Positions 1-7,159 of a stretch of DNA of 8,229 bases are shown one piece after another. Location: IMG/VR virus record IMGVR_UViG_3300029742_000283; one strand, given 5' to 3'. The stretch comes from a virus (lineage: Duplodnaviria; Heunggongvirae; Uroviricota; Caudoviricetes). How positions within the stretch are numbered: the first letter of the stretch is position 1; each line of letters begins with the position of its first letter. The notes below the pieces were generated by a model, which was not told the origin of the DNA, did no database searches, and saw nothing but the letters and a program-made list of their open reading frames with translations. Made by a program: the position numbers and the translations under genes.

Positions 1-81
1 AAATACTCCCGCTATCAACTGACGCTAGTATAACGGAAGCAAATCATCTGCAATGCATTAAGCAGCAGGCAAATTGAGGAT

Positions 82-108
82 AAAAAAAACCCCCACATCA
101 TGTGGGGG
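82..108 (-). terminator. Intrinsic terminator-like hairpin, minus-strand orientation
   Basis: Seen in sequence: 8-bp GC-rich inverted repeat cccccaca (90-97) / tgtggggg (101-108) with a 3-nt loop, directly preceded on the plus strand by A8 (82-89), i.e. followed by U8 on a minus-strand transcript. Lies in the non-coding region beyond ogr. Confidence 0.5.
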
Positions 109-198
109 AAGACAGGGATGGTGTCACAAAAAAGCACCTAACCTGATGATATAAATGGATTTATATCAACCACTGTCCACATAGCGTCCACATCGACC

Positions 199-232
199 AT
201 AAATAAAGCCCCTCAACTGAGGGGCTATTTTT
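199..232. terminator. Bidirectional intrinsic terminator immediately downstream of ogr
   Basis: Seen in sequence: stem gcccctc (208-214) / gaggggc (219-225) with loop aact; plus strand then has T5 (228-232); minus strand has TTTATTTAT after the stem (207-199). The ogr stop codon (TGA, 237-239 on minus) is 12 nt upstream of the stem. Confidence 0.55.
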
Positions 233-236
233 GTGA

Positions 237-455
237 TCACATCCACATAATTTGCTGCCCTGACGGCAACGGGTGCGGCCTTACGGCGTGGACTTCTCCC
301 GGCTTCACGATGTATCGCTGTACCGACTCATAAGTGATGAACGTGGCACTGCAATTCACGTTCTGGCACTGATGATAACGCTCTTTTGTCGTGTCAGTGA
401 TATAGCGGCTTGTACGCGCATGTGCGGCATGCTGGCATAAAGGACAATGAAACAT
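237..455 (-). CDS. ogr: Ogr, zinc-finger late-gene transcriptional activator (72 aa)
   Basis: Translation MFHCPLCQHAAHARTSRYITDTTKERYHQCQNVNCSATFITYESVQRYIVKPGEVHAVRPHPLPSGQQIMWM matches my recollection of phage P2 Ogr, with a CxxC...CxxxxC zinc-binding motif. True start is the internal ATG at 455-453, preceded on the minus strand by AAGAGGTG (RBS, about 7 nt spacing); the 93-aa ORF-track version starting at 518 is an upstream in-frame extension that overlaps the promoter. Position after gene D matches P2 order. Confidence 0.9.
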   Translation of the reverse strand: MFHCPLCQHAAHARTSRYITDTTKERYHQCQNVNCSATFITYESVQRYIVKPGEVHAVRPHPLPSGQQIMWM

Positions 456-489
456 CGCGAGCACCTCTTCCGGTTTTGTTGATGGTGCC

Positions 490-518
490 ATTTTAGTTAA
501 TTTAACCTTATAAAACAA
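490..518 (-). promoter_or_regulatory. Putative sigma70 promoter for ogr
   Basis: Seen in sequence on the minus strand: -35 TTGTTT (518-513), 17-nt spacer, -10 TAAAAT (495-490), about 35-40 nt upstream of the ogr ATG in the D-ogr intergenic region. Consistent with ogr having its own promoter in P2; not experimentally verifiable here. Confidence 0.5.
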
Positions 519-536
519 ACAGATAAAAGAAACACT

Positions 537-1700
537 TTACTCATCACCTTCTGTTTCGTACTCCACATCAGAAAGCCTGACCTCAAGCTCTAAGGACGTC
601 GTGAAGCCGCTATTATTCAGAAAATGTGTCACCTTAGTGATTGTCCAGTCCTGCTCGTCTATGACGCGCTTAAAGCCAGACACTTTGACCGGTGTTTCCG
701 TGTAAATATCTGCCCGACCGGTAGCCAGGCTGATGGAGAACTCCGCAACGCCCCGTTGCAGTTTATCCCACTTCGCCTGAGCGGCGCGCATGGCCTGCGC
801 TTTCGTGGCATATACCGTGGTCAGGGCAAAAACGTTGTCAGCCTCACCGGCCATGTATTCACCTTCACGCGCTTCCGGTACTTTAGGCGCTTTCTTCTGC
901 CTGACCGGTTTCGCTTTCGGGTGCTCCAGTGCGCGCAGGTGTTTCTCTTTCTTTTTGCGTTTCAGTTTTACCTTCTGCTTTTGAGGCTTCGGGTCTTTGG
1001 TGTGTAGCCATTTTGCCGTTACACCGGTGTAGGCTCCACGGTCAGCAATCGCAAAATGATGGCGGTCGCCGTCGCTGCGGGTTATGGTGACCTGCGGGAT
1101 TTTTTTACCGCTGGCCGTCACTCCCTGCCCCGCTTTGAGAAACAACAGTTTTCCCATTTTTACCGACACCTCACCGCCGTTGCGTTCTGCAAGACGGGTC
1201 AGGAATTTCGCATCAGACTCCTGCGACTGGTCGATGTGCGGGATTTTAATTCCGGCCAGTGACGGCGCGACACTGGCTTCCAGCCTGTTACGGGAGGCTA
1301 TCACCTCAACAATCGCACCGAGCGTGGTGTCATGCCAGGAGCCTTCACGGCGGGAATTGAGCGTCCCGCGAAAATCTGCACTCCGGGCGCGGATGGTAAC
1401 CACATCCGGCGCGCCCCGGTGTTCAACCTCATCAACGGTAAATTTCCCTTTGCATACCAGGGCAAAACCTTTCCAGCCGATATACACCGTCAGGACAGCG
1501 CCACGAACCGGCAGCCCGACCTGCCCGTCGGCATCGTTCAGTTCAATATCAAGCTGGTCAGCCTCAAAGCCCCGGTTATCCGTCAGGGTCATACTCATCA
1601 GACGGTCGCTGATATTGCCGGTAATATCCCTGCTGTCGAGCATCAGCATGTAATCCGGCGTCAGCGTACTGCCTGCATCAAATGTCAGCGCATCCAGCAT
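537..1700 (-). CDS. D: Tail protein D (phage late control gene D family, gpD), 387 aa
   Basis: 387-aa ORF whose length and sequence match my recollection of P2 gpD; sits between U and ogr as in P2. Its ATG (1700-1698) overlaps the U stop TAA (1702-1700) as TAATG, indicating translational coupling. Confidence 0.88.
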   Translation of the reverse strand: MLDALTFDAGSTLTPDYMLMLDSRDITGNISDRLMSMTLTDNRGFEADQLDIELNDADGQVGLPVRGAVLTVYIGWKGFALVCKGKFTVDEVEHRGAPDVVTIRARSADFRGTLNSRREGSWHDTTLGAIVEVIASRNRLEASVAPSLAGIKIPHIDQSQESDAKFLTRLAERNGGEVSVKMGKLLFLKAGQGVTASGKKIPQVTITRSDGDRHHFAIADRGAYTGVTAKWLHTKDPKPQKQKVKLKRKKKEKHLRALEHPKAKPVRQKKAPKVPEAREGEYMAGEADNVFALTTVYATKAQAMRAAQAKWDKLQRGVAEFSISLATGRADIYTETPVKVSGFKRVIDEQDWTITKVTHFLNNSGFTTSLELEVRLSDVEYETEGDE

Positions 1701-2179
1701 TATCCCTCCCCCGTCATACCCGTGAATTTAGTCGCCATACTGCCAGCCTTACCGATGAGCGATTCCGCCTGTTTACCGATATCGCCATAAAGCGCGGCCA
1801 GTGATTCATCAACGCGGGTGAGTGACAGCGTAAAATCAATTTTCCGGGGTGTGCCGTCTGCAAAGAAAATACTCCCTGTTTCACTCACCCTGCTGATGAC
1901 ATACATGCCGTAAATCATGCCGGTGCCATCCAGCAACGGCCACGCCCGGCCTTCCTCTGCCATCAGTCTGAGCGTGGTCATCGTCAGCTTCCCGCCGGTC
2001 AGTTCAGGATAAAGCACACCGGCAAGCGTGATGTTTTCCTCACCCGCACCGAGAAACTGAAAGGCATCCCGTTTGCCGATACGGGAATTTGACGGCCAGC
2101 GATAATCTGATTCACGCTGCATGGTCTGGTGTGGCAGCGTCTGGCGCATAAAAACAAACATACCTAACGCGAGCATCAT
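1700..2179 (-). CDS. U: Tail protein U (gpU), 159 aa
   Basis: 159-aa ORF, same length as P2 gpU, located between T and D. Strong RBS AGGAGG 8 nt upstream of the ATG at 2179 (minus strand). Confidence 0.88.
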   Translation of the reverse strand: MMLALGMFVFMRQTLPHQTMQRESDYRWPSNSRIGKRDAFQFLGAGEENITLAGVLYPELTGGKLTMTTLRLMAEEGRAWPLLDGTGMIYGMYVISRVSETGSIFFADGTPRKIDFTLSLTRVDESLAALYGDIGKQAESLIGKAGSMATKFTGMTGEG

Positions 2180-2193
2180 TTTTCGTTACCTCC

Positions 2194-4641
2194 TTAACCG
2201 TCATGCATCATGCTGGCACGGGCGCGCGCACGTTTATCCCGCTCGTATTTTTCGAGCGCATCCTGTAACTGGCGGTCAAGCTGTGTCCCCGGCGCAGTAC
2301 CGCCCGTCAGGTTGATGTGATATTCGTTTTTACTCTGGTCCACATAAGAGCGACCAGCCGGTGCCGTGACCGGCTGGTAAGCCTGATAGCCTGCATAAGA
2401 GCTGGTCGCCGGAATATAACCACCTGTGCCATACGTGGCGGCATGAGTTCTGGCGGCAGTCTGGTCAAGTGCGTCAGACTCTTTGTTGATGACGCCGAGT
2501 TTTTCCAGTACCCAGTCAATACCGCTGCGCAGTTTGTTGAACGCATTAAGCGGCAGCATCAGCGCGTCAGCCAGTGCCTGCCCGAACATGACGCCAGTAT
2601 CACGGCAACGGTTCAGGGTGTCCTGGGTGGCTTTGACCGGGGCAATCAGGTTTTTAAACCACTGCCACGCGGCCTGTAACTTTTCGCCCAGCCAGTCAAA
2701 CACCGGCTTCAGTGGCGTGAACAGTTCTCCCACCGGCGCAAATGCCGCTTTCAGCCCTTCCACCACACCGCCAAAGAATGCGCTGACAGGCTCCCAGTAT
2801 TTACGGATAAGCAACGCCCCGGCGACAATGGCGGCCACCACAGCCACAACCGGCCAGCTAATCGCCCCGATGGCCGTCATAACAGCACTGCCAACCGTCG
2901 TGAAGATTGCCCCCATTGCGCCTGCTGCCGCGATGATGGCATTGATGCCAGTGATAACCGGCCAGGCTACGAGGCCAATGGCACCGATGACAGCAGTCAG
3001 CGCCAGTGCGCCACCGGCAATGAGGCCGATGGTTGACGCCAGTGATTTGTTTTTCTGGATCCAGCCATCGAGTTTTAACACATACTTTGTGGCCGTCTGT
3101 GTGAGATTACGCAGTGCGCCTTCCTGCTGGTCAAACAGGTCAGTCCCCACCGCCTCATAAGCGGACTGAAACTCCTTAAAGTCACCGCCGAGGTTATCCT
3201 GCATGATTTTAACCAGCTCTTCCGTTTTACCGTCCGAGGCTTTCAGCGTGGCGGTCAGCTTATCCAGTTTTCCGCTTGCTGCCGCTGCCAGTAAAACGTT
3301 CGCTGATTTCAGGGCTTCCTCACCAAAAATGGTTTTAAGGTATTCCCCCTTCTGAGACGTTCCCAGCTTGTGTTTATCAAAGCTGGCCTGAATCTCTTTC
3401 AGAATGGTGAACAACGGACGCATATTTCCCTTTTTGTCCGAGGTTTTAACGCCAAGCTCTTTGAGTGCATCCCATGCTTTTCCAGTCGGTGCCTGTAATC
3501 GGGTGACAACGGCACTGCTACCCGTACCCGCCATTGACCCCCTGATGTTATTGTCATGCAGCACACCTGTCATGGCCGCTGCCTGCTCAAGACTTACACC
3601 TGCCGTCCTCGCAACCGGCCCGAGGTAAGTCAGTGCATCACTGAGCCCCTGAAAATCAGCCGCCGACTTATTCATCGTTGCCGACAACACGTCGCCCACA
3701 TGGCTGACATCATCATTTGACAGTTGAAAGGATGCCTTAGTCCCCAGCAACAGTTGCGCGTTTTCTTCCATCGACCGCTGATTCGCCAGTGCCATATTCA
3801 GCGTGACCGGCGTTGCCGCCTGAATAGCCGCAGCATCTCCACCCGCTTTCGCAATGATAATCTGCGCACCGGCCGCATCATCCGCCGAGGCGGCGGTATT
3901 ATCGCCGAGCTGGCGCGCCTGCTTGCGGAGCGCGGCCATTTCGGCGGAGTCTTTTGCCACTCCGAGCACGGCCTGCAATTCTGAGTTTTTCTGCGCAAAC
4001 TCATAACCGGGCATCAGCAACTTAACTCCGGCCATCGTTCCCGCCGCCGCAATCCCCACACCGGCAGCGCCCACTGAGGCCATATTTCCGGCCAGTTCCT
4101 TTCCTGCCTGATAACGCTGTTTGACTGCGTTAAGTTTTGCCTGTTGTGCACTGACACGCGCCAGCGCGTCACGCTGACGATTAAGCTGTGCGGTGGTTTC
4201 ACTGATACGGTTTTTCAGCCCCTGCTCATCATGTGCAAGATTGCGGGTATTAATTCCCACAGCGGCCAGTTCCCGCTGCTGGCGTTTAACGGAATCCGTC
4301 AGGCGGTTATATTTCGCCTGTAAGTCCTCCGCCGCACGCTTTGCGGATTCCAGCACTTTCGCCTGAGCACGGGTCGGTCGTTCGGTGTTTTTAAACTGTG
4401 TGGCAAGGGCTTCGGCCTCCTGCCGTGCCTTTTCAAGTGCATGACCAGTCACGGCGAGCTGTGCACTGGTCTTGCGAAATCCCTCAATACGGGATGCCTG
4501 ACCGTTCAGCTCGCGCAGTGATTTTTGTGTTTCCCGGATATCCCCCGACAGCGTCTTGCTCGCTGTACGGATGGATTTAAACGGGCGGGATGCCTGGTCA
4601 ACAGCCCTGAGCAATACCTGTAATTTTACATTGTTACTCAT
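2194..4641 (-). CDS. T: Tail tape measure protein (gpT), 815 aa
   Basis: 815-aa ORF, same length as P2 gpT. N-terminal half is rich in predicted coiled coil (Q/A/R/E/K-rich); it has a long hydrophobic Ala/Gly/Ile-rich segment typical of tape measure proteins. The start overlaps the end of the E' frameshift product. Confidence 0.9.
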   Translation of the reverse strand: MSNNVKLQVLLRAVDQASRPFKSIRTASKTLSGDIRETQKSLRELNGQASRIEGFRKTSAQLAVTGHALEKARQEAEALATQFKNTERPTRAQAKVLESAKRAAEDLQAKYNRLTDSVKRQQRELAAVGINTRNLAHDEQGLKNRISETTAQLNRQRDALARVSAQQAKLNAVKQRYQAGKELAGNMASVGAAGVGIAAAGTMAGVKLLMPGYEFAQKNSELQAVLGVAKDSAEMAALRKQARQLGDNTAASADDAAGAQIIIAKAGGDAAAIQAATPVTLNMALANQRSMEENAQLLLGTKASFQLSNDDVSHVGDVLSATMNKSAADFQGLSDALTYLGPVARTAGVSLEQAAAMTGVLHDNNIRGSMAGTGSSAVVTRLQAPTGKAWDALKELGVKTSDKKGNMRPLFTILKEIQASFDKHKLGTSQKGEYLKTIFGEEALKSANVLLAAAASGKLDKLTATLKASDGKTEELVKIMQDNLGGDFKEFQSAYEAVGTDLFDQQEGALRNLTQTATKYVLKLDGWIQKNKSLASTIGLIAGGALALTAVIGAIGLVAWPVITGINAIIAAAGAMGAIFTTVGSAVMTAIGAISWPVVAVVAAIVAGALLIRKYWEPVSAFFGGVVEGLKAAFAPVGELFTPLKPVFDWLGEKLQAAWQWFKNLIAPVKATQDTLNRCRDTGVMFGQALADALMLPLNAFNKLRSGIDWVLEKLGVINKESDALDQTAARTHAATYGTGGYIPATSSYAGYQAYQPVTAPAGRSYVDQSKNEYHINLTGGTAPGTQLDRQLQDALEKYERDKRARARASMMHDG

Positions 4642-5061
4642 TCGTGTTTCCGCTTCGCCGGAGCGCCTTTTCGCGCCATGTGATGAGTTCGGTCAGGCTC
4701 ATGGGATACAGTTCTGATGGCGGCCAGTGAAATATCACTGCCACATCCGCCATCAGGTCATCGACCGAGAGATTTTTCGGAAACGTTATTGCACCGAGTT
4801 CGGAGACAAAAAACCGACCACCTTACCGGCCAGCGCCACAAGGTCAGGCAGTTCCAGTGCGGCGACTTCCTGCTCGGTCAGCATCGGTGCAGTCATGCGC
4901 GGCAGCACCTTAATCAGTGCATCGACTTCGGAGTTCGCGACCGCAGCCAGACTGACACCGCGCAGCGTCCCGGCATTGGGTTTCATCAGCGTGACCTGTT
5001 CGATGACCTGCTCACCACGCTTGACCGGATTGTCCAGGGTAATCACATTTTCTTTGTTCAT
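4634..5061 (-). CDS. E': Tail assembly chaperone gpE+E' made by programmed -1 ribosomal frameshift (142 aa)
   Basis: I translated the -1 frame downstream of the slippery heptamer by hand: ...VGFL then VSELGAITFPKNLSVDDLMADVAVIFHWPPSELYPMSLTELITWREKALRRSGNTNE, stop TAA at 4636-4634. That is 85 aa + 57 aa = 142 aa, the size I recall for P2 gpE+E'. The E' stop overlaps the T start (4641). Confidence 0.75.
4786..5061 (-). CDS. E: Tail assembly chaperone gpE (91 aa, zero-frame product)
   Basis: 91-aa ORF matching my recollection of P2 gpE, immediately upstream of T. Contains the slippery site near its 3' end. Confidence 0.85.
   Translation of the reverse strand: MNKENVITLDNPVKRGEQVIEQVTLMKPNAGTLRGVSLAAVANSEVDALIKVLPRMTAPMLTEQEVAALELPDLVALAGKVVGFLSPNSVQ
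4807..4813 (-). other. -1 frameshift slippery heptamer T_TTT_TTG
   Basis: Seen in sequence: minus-strand GGT TTT TTG in the E frame (plus-strand caaaaaac at 4807-4814). Heptamer of X_XXY_YYZ type, positioned so the -1 frame stays open to just past the T start. Confidence 0.7.
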
Positions 5062-5089
5062 GGTTTTCTCACTTCTGAATCAGGGTTAA

Positions 5090-5110
5090 CCGGTCAGCCT
5101 GGCTGACCGG
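5090..5110 (-). other. Stem-loop in the FII-E intergenic region
   Basis: Seen in sequence: ccggtcag (5090-5097) / ctgaccgg (5103-5110), 8-bp perfect stem with a 5-nt loop, between the FII stop (5118) and the E start (5061). No strong U-tract follows on the minus strand. Confidence 0.45.
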
Positions 5111-5117
5111 ATGAAAA

Positions 5118-5636
5118 TCACAGGCCGATATTGCGGCGGTGTTGCTCCAGCCGGTCGACGCCGTTCACCTTCTCAATCATGTTGATGGTGTCAATTTCGA
5201 CCAGCTCCTTACCGTCCATCGTCAGCCGGAAATAGGTACAGACCACGGAGATTTTCGACTCGGTGTCTTCTCCCTGTTTACCCTCGCCGGTGTCGATTTC
5301 TTTCTGACGGCCACGCATGACCACTTCGACGGCCACCGTTTCGCCGGTATCGTCACGCTGGTAAGAGCCAGCAAAACGAATCGGCACGGCATCCACACCG
5401 GTTGCGGCGTAAAGCTCCCAGATAACCGAATCCGGGAAGCCCCCGAGCGACCACTCCATTGACAGCGCATCGTCATCAAGGCCGAGGTCTACCGGTGCGC
5501 TGCCGTTCATCCCCGCACCGCGATAGTTTTCGAGCTTACGGGTCAGTTTTGGCAGCGTGACGGACTTTGCAACGCCCTGATAGCTGTAGCCGTTCAGAAA
5601 GACGTTCATTAACTTGAGTTTGCGCGGCATTGCCAT
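5118..5636 (-). CDS. FII: Tail tube protein (gpFII), 172 aa
   Basis: 172-aa ORF matching my recollection of P2 gpFII in length and sequence; RBS AAGGAG 8 nt upstream of the ATG at 5636; directly downstream of the sheath gene. Confidence 0.9.
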   Translation of the reverse strand: MAMPRKLKLMNVFLNGYSYQGVAKSVTLPKLTRKLENYRGAGMNGSAPVDLGLDDDALSMEWSLGGFPDSVIWELYAATGVDAVPIRFAGSYQRDDTGETVAVEVVMRGRQKEIDTGEGKQGEDTESKISVVCTYFRLTMDGKELVEIDTINMIEKVNGVDRLEQHRRNIGL

Positions 5637-5648
5637 CGGTCAGGCTCC

Positions 5649-6839
5649 TTAATTGCTGTTAACCGAGGTGACCAGATTTGCCAGGTATTTATCGGTAATA
5701 CGCTGGCGCAGGGTCAGGTTTTCAAGAGGAGGCACCGGGGTATAGTCGTAGTCGATATACAGTTTTCCGGCCTTAAGGGTTTCCGCATCGTTGGATTCTT
5801 CGCTGAACCAGCATGAGCCATCCACGATATAGCCGTTTGTTTTCAGCTCACGGAATTTGGCATTGATGCCGTCAACGATGTCGCGAATCAGCGTTGCGGT
5901 GATGGGCTTGTCCACCGCCCACATGTGCGCCTCAGCCATCGTGTCGGCCAGCACCTGCGCGGTGCGGGTGTAGTTTTCAAAGAGGAACAGCGGGTCATCA
6001 GAGCAGGTACGGTTACCCCAGAATCGGAAACCGTCGCGTCGAATCAGCGTTGTGACGCCAGACTCGTTAAGCAGGTCAGCATCGGTACCGGACTCCTGCA
6101 AATCCCAGAATACGGACGCGCTGATGCCGGTAACACCGTTTACCCCGACGTTGGACAGCGTTTTATGCCAGCCCTGCTCCTGGTCGATTCTGGCACGCAG
6201 ACCCAGCGCACGGGCGGTGGCATACGCGGTGGCGGTGGTACTGGTGACCGTATCCCATGCGAGGAAATCCGGCCAGATGACCATCAGCTCACGCTGACTG
6301 AAATTCTGGCGGTAGGCTTTCACCTCGGAAATGGTTTTACAGCCCCATGCGCTGATATACCCGAAAGCGCGCAGCTTCTGGCAGACTGATGCCAGTGCAA
6401 CAGCCACCTCTTTGGTGTCCAGTCCCGGCACACCGAGAATACGCGGTTTAACACCGGTTACCGACTCTGCCGCCAGCAGGGCTTTCAGTCCGGTATACTG
6501 ACCGTTTTCGTCAGTGGTGCCGATGATATTGGAAACGGTCTGCGCGAGTTTCGTTTCTTCGTCGTCGCCGGTGCCGTCTTCCACACGCACGACAACGGTG
6601 ACCGGTTTTGACTGGTCAGCGATGGCCTGCAGCGACGCCGCCAGCGTGCCTTTTTTACCGGCCTTTGCAATTGCGCTCTGCACATTGGTAATCAGCACAG
6701 GTTTATTGAGGGGGAAGGTTTCCGCATCCGCATCGCTGGCCGTGCAGACCATGCCGACAATGGCAGTGGATACGGTGGAAATGACGCGGGTGCCGTCGTT
6801 AATCTCCAGCACCTGCACGCCGTGATGATAGTCACTCAT
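5649..6839 (-). CDS. FI: Contractile tail sheath protein (gpFI), 396 aa
   Basis: 396-aa ORF beginning MSDYHHGVQVLEINDGTRVISTVSTAIVGMV..., which I recognise as near-identical to P2 gpFI. RBS GGAG about 8 nt upstream of the ATG at 6839. Confidence 0.92.
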   Translation of the reverse strand: MSDYHHGVQVLEINDGTRVISTVSTAIVGMVCTASDADAETFPLNKPVLITNVQSAIAKAGKKGTLAASLQAIADQSKPVTVVVRVEDGTGDDEETKLAQTVSNIIGTTDENGQYTGLKALLAAESVTGVKPRILGVPGLDTKEVAVALASVCQKLRAFGYISAWGCKTISEVKAYRQNFSQRELMVIWPDFLAWDTVTSTTATAYATARALGLRARIDQEQGWHKTLSNVGVNGVTGISASVFWDLQESGTDADLLNESGVTTLIRRDGFRFWGNRTCSDDPLFLFENYTRTAQVLADTMAEAHMWAVDKPITATLIRDIVDGINAKFRELKTNGYIVDGSCWFSEESNDAETLKAGKLYIDYDYTPVPPLENLTLRQRITDKYLANLVTSVNSN

Positions 6840-6864
6840 CCGTTTAACTCCGTGGTTAATGGGT

Positions 6865-6930
6865 GCAACTATTTTCTGTTGTGCAGAGCATGAGACGCTA
6901 TTTGACCTGGCTGGTCAGTGGATGAAACAA
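6865..6930 (-). promoter_or_regulatory. Candidate Ogr-dependent late promoter for the FI operon (P_F equivalent)
   Basis: Inference from P2 architecture, where a late promoter precedes FI. Seen in sequence: imperfect dyad tgg-N12-aca (6912-6929) resembling the TGT-N12-ACA element of P2 late promoters, with an A/T-rich -10-like hexamer (minus AGAAAATA, about 6870-6877) downstream. Match is imperfect. Confidence 0.3.
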
Positions 6931-6935
6931 CAGAT

Positions 6936-6961
6936 AAAAAAGGCGGGCAATCAGCCCGCCT
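6936..6961 (-). terminator. Intrinsic terminator downstream of the tail fiber / tfa transcription unit
   Basis: Seen in sequence: stem aggcgggc (6941-6948) / gcccgcct (6954-6961), loop aatca; on the minus strand the stem is followed by TTTTT (6940-6936). Lies between tfa and FI, where P2 separates the V-G and FI-D late operons. Confidence 0.6.
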
Positions 6962-7159
6962 GCGGTATTTCCGACCATTCAGGATTTGCAGGATCCACAC
7001 GACCAGAAAGACAGCTACTGATTAATCAGGCCAATAAACACATGAACACTAAGCAATAGCCCGGCAGGTCTGAGGTACTGGCGCAATATAATTTGTGGCT
7101 GGATTACCTGTACGCACCGGAGCGGTCCGATACTTCCGGTACGTCAGATATTGAATGGT

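Noticed and set aside
1-236. Possible tRNA gene as the integration target at the prophage end
   Set aside because: No tRNA-like T-arm (GTTCGAATC-type), cloverleaf, or 3' CCA-proximal acceptor pairing is recognisable in either strand of this interval.
624-1790. Plus-strand ORFs 624-1007, 790-984, 1056-1262, 1084-1653, 1332-1790 antisense to gpD and gpU
   Set aside because: Overlap the conserved D and U genes on the opposite strand, have compositionally biased translations, and have no independent support.
2483-3160. 225-aa plus-strand ORF (and neighbours at 2317-2679, 3404-3628, 3724-3984, 4398-4580) inside the tape measure gene
   Set aside because: Entirely antisense to the well-supported 815-aa T gene; Ala/Ser/Thr/Pro-rich low-complexity translation typical of shadow ORFs in GC-rich coding DNA; no RBS or start context.
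4717-6825. Plus-strand ORFs antisense to E, FII and FI (4717-5106, 4727-5089, 5139-5462, 5925-6389, 6052-6297, 6514-6825), plus same-strand nested ORFs 5222-5479 and 6485-6685
   Set aside because: All lie within or antisense to genes I recognise as P2 E, FII and FI; they are alternative-frame artefacts.
7018-7029. Perfect 12-bp palindrome CTGATTAATCAG
   Set aside because: A perfect 12-bp palindrome is expected about once or twice by chance in 8 kb; no flanking repeats or adjacent regulated gene to support an operator role.
6859-7059. 66-aa plus-strand ORF in the tfa-FI intergenic region, a possible cargo gene at the Z/fun slot
   Set aside because: No Shine-Dalgarno sequence upstream of its ATG, and it reads straight through the terminator hairpin at 6941-6961. 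More parsimonious as non-coding regulatory DNA.
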